Source: Lentimicrobiaceae bacterium
GTDB lineage: Bacteria; Bacteroidota; Bacteroidia; Bacteroidales; JALOCA01
Assembly (NCBI GenBank): GCA_023227965.1
Contig: JALOCA010000005.1
Location: 36,948 to 100,947, forward strand
Reading direction: 5' to 3'
Length of the DNA: 64,000 bases
The position numbers were made by a program, and so were the translations under genes. Every line of letters begins with the position of its first letter. Within the stretch, counting starts at the first letter, position 1. Of the stretch, positions 30,391 to 39,539 are shown in pieces. The notes under the pieces are model-generated. The model had not been told where the DNA came from. It ran no database searches and was given only the letters and a program-made list of their open reading frames with translations.

Positions 30391-30613
30391 GGTTTAATCC
30401 TCCATTGTTTTTTGGTTTATTTTCATGTTTGGTTGGCTTTATTATGTCATCAATCGTGCCATAAATTATATTTATCTGTTTTACATATACTTAATATATA
30501 TTTTGCTTATCAACATCCGTATATTTTGCTTATTATGAACAAGTGGTGAACGGAAGTGAACAATCTACCCCAAATAATTTTTATCCACTGGTACATTGCA
30601 AACCTTGGAGAAT

Positions 30614-30646
30614 AAAAAAAGCCGCCTGGAAACAGGCGGCTTTTTT
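30614..30646. terminator. Strong bidirectional intrinsic terminator
   Basis: aaaaaaa-gccgcctg-gaaa-caggcggc-tttttt. Lies just outside the IS200 end hairpin. Confidence 0.75.
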
Positions 30647-30654
30647 AATGAATG

Positions 30655-31212
30655 ACCCCGGGGCAAGCCCCGAGGTATCTTAAAAAAGATCACCAAAAAC
30701 TAAGCTGTTGAGTATGCAATTGATTGTATTTTTTGCCCTGATTCTCAACATACTTCTTTATAACTTCCGTGTTGCCATATTGACCAACCGTATTCGCATA
30801 GTATCCACTTGTCCAGAAACTGCCACCCCACAATGCTTTCTTAACTTCTGGAAATCTGTGAAAAATCTCTCGGGCAGTGATGCTTTTTATGATCCTTATA
30901 ATCTGTTCTACAGACATCGTCGGTACCCCCTGAACCAAAAAATGAATGTGGTCTTCATCTGTGCCAATCTCAACAAACTCAATTTCAAAACGATCACCAA
31001 TCTCCAGGCTGATCTCTTTAATCGCCTCACCGATCGGCCCACTTATCACCTTCCGTCTATATTTCACCGGAAAAACCAAATGATACAAAAGAAGTGTTTT
31101 GTTATGCCGTTTGTAGATATGTTCATCCATTCAGCAAATTTATGCTTTTCAAGCGTATCGAAAACCTTAGGCTTTCAAACTACCCTCTTTTACCCCGGGG
31201 CAAGCCCCGAGG
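30655..31212 (-). mobile_element. IS200-type insertion sequence (IS200/IS605 family, tnpA only)
   Basis: A Y1 transposase gene is flanked by identical 21-nt direct repeats 'accccggggcaagccccgagg' at 30655-30675 and 31192-31212. Each repeat contains a cgggg-caag-ccccg hairpin, as expected for IS200 subterminal hairpins. The exact ends are not determinable. Confidence 0.8.
30690..31130 (-). CDS. tnpA: IS200/IS605-family Y1 (HUH) transposase TnpA
   Basis: 146 aa with 'LLYHLVFPVKYRR', HUH motif 'DHIHFLV', and the catalytic Tyr region 'SGYYANTVG'. Confidence 0.9.
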   Translation of the reverse strand: MDEHIYKRHNKTLLLYHLVFPVKYRRKVISGPIGEAIKEISLEIGDRFEIEFVEIGTDEDHIHFLVQGVPTMSVEQIIRIIKSITAREIFHRFPEVKKALWGGSFWTSGYYANTVGQYGNTEVIKKYVENQGKKYNQLHTQQLSFW

Positions 31213-31238
31213 AATTCTTTTGATTAAAGCTAAATAGT

Positions 31239-34200
31239 TTACTTTTTGCTTTGCAGTGCTTTGTTTTCCTTTACTTTACTTCTCCACATAATGAGATCAT
31301 AAGCAATTGGCGTAGCGTTAAATACCGAGGAATAAGTTCCGATTACAACTCCCAGCATAAGGGCAAAAGCAAATCCACGGATAACTTCCCCTCCGAAAAT
31401 GAACATGGCAAGTAATACCATAAAGGTAATACCCGAAGTATTCAGGGTACGGCTAAGGGTATGATTGATGGCATCGTTCATATTCGTATGCAAATCGCGT
31501 TTAGGATACATATTGGTATATTCACGGATACGATCGAAAATAATTACTGTATCCATGATAGAGTAACCAATAATCGTAAGGATGGCTGCGATAAAATGTT
31601 GGTCAATGTCGAGTGTAAAAGGAAGTATTCCGTAAAAAAGGGAGAATACACTCACAACAATAAATGCATCGTGGAATAATGAAACCACACCTCCAAGTCC
31701 CCATTGCCATTTGCGGAAACGGATAGCCACGTATCCGAAAATAATCAACAAAGAGAAGAATACCGCATAGTATGCTTTAACCAGCAAACTGTATGCAATG
31801 GTAGGCTCTACTTTTTGCGAGCTGAGTTTACCAAGTACTTTCTTTTCTGAATGCGACATAAAATCCTCGCGGCTGATAGAAGAAGTATAAAAAGGTTTTA
31901 ACCCTTCAAATAGTTTGGTTTCGACTATGGAGTCAGCCTGTATAGATTGGTTATCTATAAGATAAGATGTAGTAATTTTTACCTGGTCGCTGAGACCGAA
32001 AGTTTTTACTTCGGGAGTTGTTCCGAACTTTTTTGTAAGAGCATCACGAACATCATCTGTCCGCACATTTTTATCAAAACGTACCACATAGCTGCGTCCA
32101 CCGAGAAAATCAATACCGTAACTTAAGCCACGGAAAGAAAGAGATATGACACCGATAACCATTAATGAGAAAGATACGATATAAAATATTTTGCGTAACC
32201 CGATAAAGTCAAAATTTACTTTGGTAAGTATATTTTTGGTTATGTTGTTCCATACATCAATTTTGATGTTTTTATCCATCATCCAAACAAAAATGAGTTT
32301 TGTGATATAGATAGCACAGAACAATGAACTGAGAGTACCGATGATAAGCGTGGTGGCAAAACCTTGAATAGGTCCGGAACCAAATATGTACAACACAATA
32401 CCTGTTAACAAAGTAGTAATATTACTGTCAATGATTGCCGTAAGTGCATGTTTGTACCCGTCGTCGATAGCAAGACGTATGCCCTTTCCTGCCCTGATTT
32501 CTTCCCTGATACGTTCATAAATAATTACGTTCTTATCAACGTCCATACCGATGGTAAGAACTATACCAGCAATACCGGGAAGAGTAAGTACCGCACCCAG
32601 TGAAGCCAGGATACCAAATACAAAAAACATATTGGTAAAAAGTGCGACATTGGCAACCATACCGGCACGGTTATAATAAAATATCATATACAACAGAGTA
32701 AGGGCAAATGCCGCAACAAACGACCAAACACCTGCGTTGATGGCTTCTTTACCCAGTGTAGGACCAACTACGGCTTCTTCCACAATTTTAGCAGGAGCCG
32801 GTAGTTTACCTGCTTTCAGTATATTTGCAAGGTCCTTTCCTTCTTCTACTGTAAAAGTTCCTGAAATAGAAGAGCGTCCGTTAGGAATTTCATCGTTAAC
32901 CTTGGGATAGGAATACACGAAGTTATCCAGAACTATCGCAACCTGTTTCCCTATGTTTTCACCAGTGATACGTTTCCATGTACGAGCCCCGTCGTTATTC
33001 ATGCTCATACTAACTTCTACGCGTCCGTTCTGGTCATAATCCTGGCGGGCATCTGTAATTACGTCTCCGCCTAACGGAGCAATTCCTTCACGGGTAGTAA
33101 TTTTTAAGGCAACCAGTTCGAGGACTTCAGGACGTTCGGGGTTAGGTTTTACTGTCCATGCCAGTTTCAAATCCCTAGGAAATACATTTTTCACTACTTT
33201 AATCAAATGATTGATATGTGCAGTGTCTTTAATTTGGGCATATCCAACAGCAGCACCTTCACCCGGGAAAAACTGACCTTTGTTGTCTTGATAAAAGGCA
33301 GGAGTCAGATAGGCAAACAGGGGGTTATCTTTGGCATATTGCGCAAAAGATTTTTTCCCTTTTGCTGTAGCAGATGTATCTGCCTTTCCTGAGTCAATTT
33401 TCGATAAAAGAGAAGGTTTTCCCTTAACGGTATCTTTTGCCGTTTGGGGTTGTTTTTTCTTGTCAGAAGGCCGGGTTGTTTTAGAAATTTCTTTCGTAAC
33501 GTTAGCAGTTTTTGCTGTCGTATCGTTTACTAATGTATCTTTTTTGGCGGTAGAATCGGCAGTGTACGTAAGAGTGCCGTCGCTGTTTACCATTGATTTG
33601 AGCTTTTTGTTAGCTTCTTCGAAAAAAGGAGCCAGCTCTGTAAATTTATAGGTTTCCCAGAATTCAAGTTTTGCAGTTCCCTGCATAAGTTTACGTACAC
33701 GTTGCGGATCTTTTATACCGGGTAATTCTACCAGGATACGACCTGCAGTCTGTAACTTCTGGATATTGGGCTGGGTAACCCCAAAACGGTCAATACGGGT
33801 ACGCAGGATATTAAAGGTACGGTCAATAGCACCATTAGATTCATCACGTATCACTTTTAATACTTCAACGTTGGTCGAATTATAATTGATCCTGTCTCTG
33901 AATTCGGGGGAAGTGAAAATGGCGGCTAACTTAGCGTTGGGGTCAACCTCAGCAAAAGCTTCACCAAAAAGAGTAACAAAGTCTTTTGTACTGTTTTTTT
34001 CACGTTCGGAAGCAAGGTTCAGGGCTTTCTGGAATGTAGGATTGGTACTGTTGCCAGACAATGCTCTGATAATGTCAATTACGGAAACTTCGAGTGTAAT
34101 GTTCATCCCGCCTTTCAGGTCGAGCCCCAGGTTAATTTCTCTTTCTTTACATTCCTGATAGGTGTATTTTCTTACCAGAATATTGTAAATCACCTGACTT

Positions 34201-34436
34201 TTCATTGAATCCAAATAGTAATTCTCACGGGCAAGAGAAACTGAGTCGAAGAGCAGCATTTCTTTTATTGCATCTCCTTTGGCTAATTTTTTGGCAATTG
34301 TCTTGCTGGTTTCACTAATGGCATAATTCCGGGCTTTCTTTTCTACATTAGTAGTAAGAAATGTAAATGAAAGTTGGAAAAGACATACAAGGGCAAAAGA
34401 AATTGCAAATACTTTAATCGCACCTTTACTTCGCAT
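31239..34436 (-). CDS. secDF: Protein translocase subunit SecDF (fused)
   Basis: 1065 aa with SecD and SecF membrane domains ('DANVLIFERIRE'-like 'DKNVIIYERIREE' and 'DTVIIFDRIRE'). A Lys/Thr/Ser-rich low-complexity insert spans aa ~292-362. Confidence 0.95.
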   Translation of the reverse strand: MRSKGAIKVFAISFALVCLFQLSFTFLTTNVEKKARNYAISETSKTIAKKLAKGDAIKEMLLFDSVSLARENYYLDSMKSQVIYNILVRKYTYQECKEREINLGLDLKGGMNITLEVSVIDIIRALSGNSTNPTFQKALNLASEREKNSTKDFVTLFGEAFAEVDPNAKLAAIFTSPEFRDRINYNSTNVEVLKVIRDESNGAIDRTFNILRTRIDRFGVTQPNIQKLQTAGRILVELPGIKDPQRVRKLMQGTAKLEFWETYKFTELAPFFEEANKKLKSMVNSDGTLTYTADSTAKKDTLVNDTTAKTANVTKEISKTTRPSDKKKQPQTAKDTVKGKPSLLSKIDSGKADTSATAKGKKSFAQYAKDNPLFAYLTPAFYQDNKGQFFPGEGAAVGYAQIKDTAHINHLIKVVKNVFPRDLKLAWTVKPNPERPEVLELVALKITTREGIAPLGGDVITDARQDYDQNGRVEVSMSMNNDGARTWKRITGENIGKQVAIVLDNFVYSYPKVNDEIPNGRSSISGTFTVEEGKDLANILKAGKLPAPAKIVEEAVVGPTLGKEAINAGVWSFVAAFALTLLYMIFYYNRAGMVANVALFTNMFFVFGILASLGAVLTLPGIAGIVLTIGMDVDKNVIIYERIREEIRAGKGIRLAIDDGYKHALTAIIDSNITTLLTGIVLYIFGSGPIQGFATTLIIGTLSSLFCAIYITKLIFVWMMDKNIKIDVWNNITKNILTKVNFDFIGLRKIFYIVSFSLMVIGVISLSFRGLSYGIDFLGGRSYVVRFDKNVRTDDVRDALTKKFGTTPEVKTFGLSDQVKITTSYLIDNQSIQADSIVETKLFEGLKPFYTSSISREDFMSHSEKKVLGKLSSQKVEPTIAYSLLVKAYYAVFFSLLIIFGYVAIRFRKWQWGLGGVVSLFHDAFIVVSVFSLFYGILPFTLDIDQHFIAAILTIIGYSIMDTVIIFDRIREYTNMYPKRDLHTNMNDAINHTLSRTLNTSGITFMVLLAMFIFGGEVIRGFAFALMLGVVIGTYSSVFNATPIAYDLIMWRSKVKENKALQSKK

Positions 34437-34581
34437 TTTTTATTGTTTTTATTAAGTTTATTTTCTTTTCATTTTTGAGTCTGCAAATATAGAATATCCT
34501 TTATAAATTAACAATTTATCGGAAAAACTTTTTACTTATCTGCCTTACAATAAGTCATTATCAGCCATTTAAAAAAGGAAT

Positions 34582-34615
34582 ACAAAAAACCGCCAAAGAA
34601 TAATTCCCGGCGGTT
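34582..34615 (-). terminator. Putative terminator after the SGNH lipoprotein gene
   Basis: Stem aaccgcc / ggcggtt with a 14-nt loop, followed by a T-run on the minus strand. Confidence 0.45.
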
Positions 34616-34638
34616 GCAGTATTTTTATTTTGCTGGTA

Positions 34639-35925
34639 TTATGGGAAAATTACACCAGGAAAATTTGTAACATTGACTTTTGGAATATTTGCATTATATT
34701 TTAGATTGATGGCTTCAATGAAAAAATTGGCTGTACAGGCGGCTCCCCGGGGATTGAAATGGATTCCGTCAAGAGAAAAAAATCCTCCGGTAATGAATTT
34801 TGAGGTAAAGGTTACCCCATCAAGCACCATACCATTTGCAATATTCTTTATATAAGCATTCATATCAACATAGGCAAGACCAAACTGCCCGGCAAGGGTA
34901 GTCAGAGTTTGGTTATACGCCGTAATAGCAGAAGTAATTTCTGAAATTTCCGTAGCGTCGAGCACGTATTTTATAGGAATAGGTTTTTGGCTGCCCCAGC
35001 CGGCACATTTTATAGAATCCTGAGGAAGAGTTAGCAGCAAAAGTTCTCCCGCTTGTATTTGCCGTAACCCCGCGGGTGCAGCCGGATCCTGGATAATAAA
35101 CCCGTTTTCCCCAAGTTGAAAACTGATGCCTAAAACAGCATAGGCAGCATTTAAAGCATCAACCTTTGCTTGCTCCTTCAGTACTAATCCATTGTAAGGA
35201 ATGGTAGTAAAAAATGGAAACCCGGTGATGTCAGGGACATTGGCAATAACACCCTTGGCTCCGTTAGCAGTAAGCTGCTGAAGAATATATCCTATATATT
35301 GTCCGAAAGCTACGGGATTGGTAATGCTGTCGGCTTCTCCCCCTGCCAAAGCATAGCTAAGCACATCATAGTCGCCTAATCCTAACGAAAAGAAAGTAGG
35401 ATTTTGCACAATAGCATCGCGCAGTACAGTGGTTGAAGAGGCATCTGTTGCAAAACGGCCAAAATAAGGATTCCGCAATCCATACCCTTCTACCAACAAA
35501 TGAAATGATTTGGCACCCGGAACGCCCATATTATTAAAAGGACCCTGGCTTTTTATGCTTTCAAAATTCTGTACATTGGGAGTACCTCCGGCGGGTAATG
35601 GGCTAAGGGAAGTGGCTTCCAGGCAATCGGTAAAATAACCTAGCACTTTTTTAGAACCAAATCCGAGATCATCAAGCATAAGAGGCTGGTTAAAAGTTCC
35701 ACTTCCTACTTTTTGTAACTGAGAAGCCAGGATGTTGGGGTAGGAATACTGTTGTGCGGTTTTGTACAATTCTCCATCGGCAAAGCCTGCAGTAAACGAA
35801 CTGCCAATGGCAACATAGCGGGTAAAATCGGCATCACCTTTCGAGGGAGCAAAATCATCAATTTCGGGTTTGCAGGCTGCAAAAAATGCAAAAAGCAAAA
35901 TGTATAATAAAGTTTTGTACTTCAT
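34639..35925 (-). CDS. SGNH/GDSL-family hydrolase lipoprotein
   Basis: Lipobox 'FFAAC'. Block I 'AIGSSFTAG' and block V 'LDGIHFNPRG'. Starts 18 nt after the FadL-like gene. Confidence 0.75.
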   Translation of the reverse strand: MKYKTLLYILLFAFFAACKPEIDDFAPSKGDADFTRYVAIGSSFTAGFADGELYKTAQQYSYPNILASQLQKVGSGTFNQPLMLDDLGFGSKKVLGYFTDCLEATSLSPLPAGGTPNVQNFESIKSQGPFNNMGVPGAKSFHLLVEGYGLRNPYFGRFATDASSTTVLRDAIVQNPTFFSLGLGDYDVLSYALAGGEADSITNPVAFGQYIGYILQQLTANGAKGVIANVPDITGFPFFTTIPYNGLVLKEQAKVDALNAAYAVLGISFQLGENGFIIQDPAAPAGLRQIQAGELLLLTLPQDSIKCAGWGSQKPIPIKYVLDATEISEITSAITAYNQTLTTLAGQFGLAYVDMNAYIKNIANGMVLDGVTFTSKFITGGFFSLDGIHFNPRGAACTANFFIEAINLKYNANIPKVNVTNFPGVIFP

Positions 35926-35943
35926 AACATCAGATATTTAAGG

Positions 35944-37170
35944 TTAAAGATTATAATGGATACCTATACCAGGAATGATATTGGTAACCTTGTAAGTTCC
36001 TGTGAAATTTCCGGGTTCATACGAACGTTCTTCTTCCAATCCGTTCAACTGCAGGTACGACACATCAATACCCAGGTTTTTCATGGGGCAATAAGTCATT
36101 CCCAACGAAAAAGCAATAGTATTCAGGCTGGTGGTTTCAGGATTGAAATAGTCCTTATTAGTAGGAGTTGCGTCATAATACACTCCGGCACGCAATTGTA
36201 TTTTGTCGCAAAGACGGTATTGCAAACCCAGGCGGGGAATGAAACTGTCGTGGTATTTACGGGGGTTGCTCGAATTTAGCTTTTCACCACTTTCTTTAAA
36301 TTTAAAACTCAGTGAATCATAAACATTCCACACTACCCAGTTCAATTCAAGGGCTACAAGTAATTTTTCGGTAGCCTGGTACGATACTCCCACGTCGAAG
36401 TTTGCAGGCATAGGAAGGTCGGCATCAAATTTATTATCTTCGGGTATCCCTTGTTGATGAATGGCTTCGGGCGTGGTAAAAGTAGCATCTCCGTCGCGAA
36501 GTTTCATCGTAATTTTCGAACGATAATCCAAACCTATATTTAGTTTATCGGTAGCTTTGTAAAAAATGCCTGCATTAAAACCATAATTGGCTGTTTTTCC
36601 TTTCAACTCAAGCTGGCCTGTTACATCTTGGCTATTATAAGGCAATGCTTTGTGAATGGTAACATCGCCGGTGGCATAAATTAGTCCCAGTCCGATACCC
36701 AGTTTTTCGTTTAACTGATACGATACTGTAGGTTGAAAATAGAAGGCTTTGAGTGAAATATCCTGAATAAGATATCTGCCTTCCCAATCTTCATCCCATT
36801 TGGCTGTGCTTCCGTAAGGTGTGTATAATCCAAAGCCCACGGTAAATTTTTTGCTTACTTTATGGCTAACATACAAGTACAAAGGAGTGCGAAGCGGATT
36901 ATCGGTTCTTGCTTCATAATCGGAACCTTTTGCATGAAATGTTACATTCGAAAAAATTCCACTGGCACCCAGCGAAATGCTGCTTTTGTTTTTCAGCAAT
37001 GCCAAGCCACCCGGGTTGTAGAAAATGTTGCTTGCATCCATAAGCAACGACGTGCCGGTTAATCCCATACCGGTCTGCCTTTGTCCCTGTATCCTAACCT
37101 GGTATCCTCCGGCAACAGCCTGAAAACAAGTAAAAGCAACAAGACAAACAGCGATGCAGATTTTTCTCAT
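35944..37170 (-). CDS. FadL/OMPP1/TodX-family outer-membrane hydrophobic-compound channel
   Basis: Signal peptide, then the N-terminal 'GGYQVRIQGQRQTGMG' hatch-like segment. Alternating beta-strand pattern over 408 aa. Confidence 0.8.
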   Translation of the reverse strand: MRKICIAVCLVAFTCFQAVAGGYQVRIQGQRQTGMGLTGTSLLMDASNIFYNPGGLALLKNKSSISLGASGIFSNVTFHAKGSDYEARTDNPLRTPLYLYVSHKVSKKFTVGFGLYTPYGSTAKWDEDWEGRYLIQDISLKAFYFQPTVSYQLNEKLGIGLGLIYATGDVTIHKALPYNSQDVTGQLELKGKTANYGFNAGIFYKATDKLNIGLDYRSKITMKLRDGDATFTTPEAIHQQGIPEDNKFDADLPMPANFDVGVSYQATEKLLVALELNWVVWNVYDSLSFKFKESGEKLNSSNPRKYHDSFIPRLGLQYRLCDKIQLRAGVYYDATPTNKDYFNPETTSLNTIAFSLGMTYCPMKNLGIDVSYLQLNGLEEERSYEPGNFTGTYKVTNIIPGIGIHYNL

Positions 37171-37436
37171 ATTCGCATTTTTTAAGTTAAAAATTAGATA
37201 TTATTAATTATCGCAAATATAATATAATAGTTTCCATACAAAATCAATTTTTTAAAATGTTTTTTAATGAAAACCGACTTCGTTTAGAAAATTACGGGAG
37301 AATAATATCAACTAAAAAATATAATTATTTATATATCAATTATATTATTAAAGATAAGGAACTTCATATGATAAGGCAAAACTGTTAAAAAAAATTTATA
37401 AAAAACCATTAACATGTATATAGTTTCTATGTATGG

Positions 37437-38114
37437 CTACAATCTCCAATCAATGGGTTTTTGGTGCAATTCCGTTAAAATTTCGTTGGTCTTTGAAAAA
37501 TGCCTGCAACCGAAGAACCCTTTGGCTGCTGCCAGCGGAGAAGGATGTGCTGCCTTTAAAACATAGTGATTTTCAGTATTGATAAGTGCTTGTTTTGCCT
37601 GTGCATAAGCACCCCACAACAGAAAAATTATTCCTTTTTTATGTTCGGACAATGCACGGATAGCAGCATCGGTAAACATCTCCCAACCTCTTCCCTGGTG
37701 CGAAGCAGGCTGGTTTGCCCTTACCGTTAAAATAGCATTGAGAAGAAAAACTCCTTCTTCCGCCCATTTCAGCAAATTACCGCTTCTGGCAGGCGGAATT
37801 CCCAGGTCGCTTTCGAGTTCCTTAAAAATATTGATTAGTGAAGGAGGCTTGGGAACCCCGTGGTTTACCGAAAAACACATTCCATGTGCCTGCCCGATGC
37901 CATGATAAGGGTCCTGCCCCAAAATTACCACCTTCACCTTATCAAAAGGAGTATGGTTGAAGGCTGCAAATATTTGCGATCCGGGAGGATACACCGCATA
38001 AGTTTTCTTTTCGTTCACCAAAAAATCCTTAAGCATACTGAAATAAGGAGCTTCAAATTCAGGCATTAATACTTTCATCCAGCCTTCTTCAATTTGGGGT
38101 GTGCTATTACTCAT
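37437..38114 (-). CDS. ung: Uracil-DNA glycosylase (family 1)
   Basis: 'VILGQDPYHG', 'LLLNAILTV'-like 'FLLNAILTV', and 'AHPSPLAA'. Confidence 0.95.
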   Translation of the reverse strand: MSNSTPQIEEGWMKVLMPEFEAPYFSMLKDFLVNEKKTYAVYPPGSQIFAAFNHTPFDKVKVVILGQDPYHGIGQAHGMCFSVNHGVPKPPSLINIFKELESDLGIPPARSGNLLKWAEEGVFLLNAILTVRANQPASHQGRGWEMFTDAAIRALSEHKKGIIFLLWGAYAQAKQALINTENHYVLKAAHPSPLAAAKGFFGCRHFSKTNEILTELHQKPIDWRL

Positions 38115-38145
38115 TTTTTATGCATTGTTTTAAAACAGAAAATAA

Positions 38146-38153
38146 TATATTTG
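38146..38153 (+). promoter_or_regulatory. Candidate -7 box (TAnnTTTG)
   Basis: 'tatatttg' lies 72 nt upstream of the small lipoprotein ATG. Confidence 0.3.
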
Positions 38154-38224
38154 CAACTTTAAAGTTATTAGGTGTAGATACCCATCACTCCGGTAGTATT
38201 AATAAAATATCTTTTGGTAAAAGT

Positions 38225-38350
38225 ATGAAAAAAGTAGTTGTAGTATTAAGTTTATTGATTTTTTTGGCAGTAGTGGCTGTTTCGTGTAAAACCCGTGAAA
38301 AATGCCCTGCTTACCGCGAATACTCAAAATTTCAAAGCGAAAAAAGGTAA
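38225..38350 (+). CDS. Small (41 aa) putative lipoprotein
   Basis: An internal ATG of the 38099..38350 ORF gives 'MKKVVVVLSLLIFLAVVAVSC|KTREKCPAYREY..', a canonical lipoprotein signal. A co-oriented OM protein gene lies 40 nt downstream. Confidence 0.45.
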   Translation: MKKVVVVLSLLIFLAVVAVSCKTREKCPAYREYSKFQSEKR

Positions 38351-38390
38351 AAATCTTGCTTGCCTGACCTAAAAAACAAAAACACCCGGC

Positions 38391-39161
38391 ATGAAACGAA
38401 CGGGTAATATATTGGGGTTTCTCTTTTTTTTTGTGCTTTGCCCCCCTGCATTTGCACAATCGGCTATTGCATTCGACAGTATTAGTGATAATGTAATCTT
38501 TCGCAAAGAATGGTCTGGTGGGGTTACATTCCATTCCGGAGGCTGGGGAGTTACATTCCACAAGGGGCAGTATCTCGATGTGGAAAGAAAACGTATGTGG
38601 GAAGCCGATCTCGTGGGCATGAAAACCGGTAAGGAAGTAAAATCGGTAATTCCTTATTTTTCCGATGCCAGACCCTTTGTGTATGGTAAGTTAAATTATT
38701 TATACATTCTACGTGCAGGTTACAGTTTCCATAACCTGCTGAACCGAAAACCTTACTGGGGAGGGGTAGAACTACGGTATTTTTATTCTGCCGGTATATC
38801 GGTGGGTATTACCCGTCCGGTATATCTTTATATTTGGTATGTGGATGATACAATAGGCAATTATTTCACAATTAAAGTAAAATCGGAAAAATACAACCCC
38901 AACAAGCACGATTTGGGAAACATTTACGGAAGGGGACCTTATGGCGACGGTTTCGACCAACTGGAATTCCATCCTGGTATTTATCTTAAAGCAGGTTTAA
39001 ACTTCGATTTCGGTACATTTAACCGTTTTGTAAAATGCCTCGAAGTGGGAGGTATCCTCGATTATTACCCACAAGCCATTCAATTAATGGCTTTTAACCC
39101 CTCTAAAAACCTGTTTCCTTCCATCTATTTAAGCTTTAGCCTTGGTAAACGAGGCAATTAG
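38391..39161 (+). CDS. Hypothetical outer-membrane (beta-rich) protein
   Basis: Signal peptide 'FFFVLCPPAFAQ'. Aromatic-rich alternating pattern. No family recognised. Confidence 0.55.
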   Translation: MKRTGNILGFLFFFVLCPPAFAQSAIAFDSISDNVIFRKEWSGGVTFHSGGWGVTFHKGQYLDVERKRMWEADLVGMKTGKEVKSVIPYFSDARPFVYGKLNYLYILRAGYSFHNLLNRKPYWGGVELRYFYSAGISVGITRPVYLYIWYVDDTIGNYFTIKVKSEKYNPNKHDLGNIYGRGPYGDGFDQLEFHPGIYLKAGLNFDFGTFNRFVKCLEVGGILDYYPQAIQLMAFNPSKNLFPSIYLSFSLGKRGN

Positions 39162-39494
39162 GTAACAAGCAAACTTATTCCCCTTACATTTTTATTTTTT
39201 ATTCTTTTCACTTGGATTTGGGTTTAGCATTCGGGGAAGCATGTTTTTACCTTATTCTGGATAGCGAAAATTTTTCTATCCCGCCGGGAAAAAGAAAATA
39301 GAAGTGAGTTGGGTAATATTAGTAACCCATAAGAAATCGCTAAAAATCACAAAGGGGAAAAATCCTTTGTACTCCTTATGCCCTTAGTGGTTTATAAAAA
39401 AGGTTCTGATAAGGCTATTATAGGCTCTGGTACATATTTTTATAACCCTTCTCAATCCTTTGCGCATCTGCGTCATCCGTGTTCTATTCCAAAA

Positions 39495-39539
39495 GATTGT
39501 GCGGATTGTGCGGATTGTGCGGATTGATAAGATTGAATA
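39495..39539. repeat. 9-bp tandem repeat, (GATTGTGCG)x3 followed by two degenerate units
   Basis: gattgtgcg gattgtgcg gattgtgcg gattgataa gattgaata. It generates the spurious 'IRTIRTIRT' ORF on the minus strand. Confidence 0.9.

Noticed and set aside
33351-33563. A Lys/Thr/Ser-rich ~70-aa low-complexity insert in the SecDF periplasmic domain.
   Set aside because: It is in-frame, with no repeat or IS signature at the DNA level. It is probably a lineage-typical disordered linker and was not judged noteworthy without comparative data.
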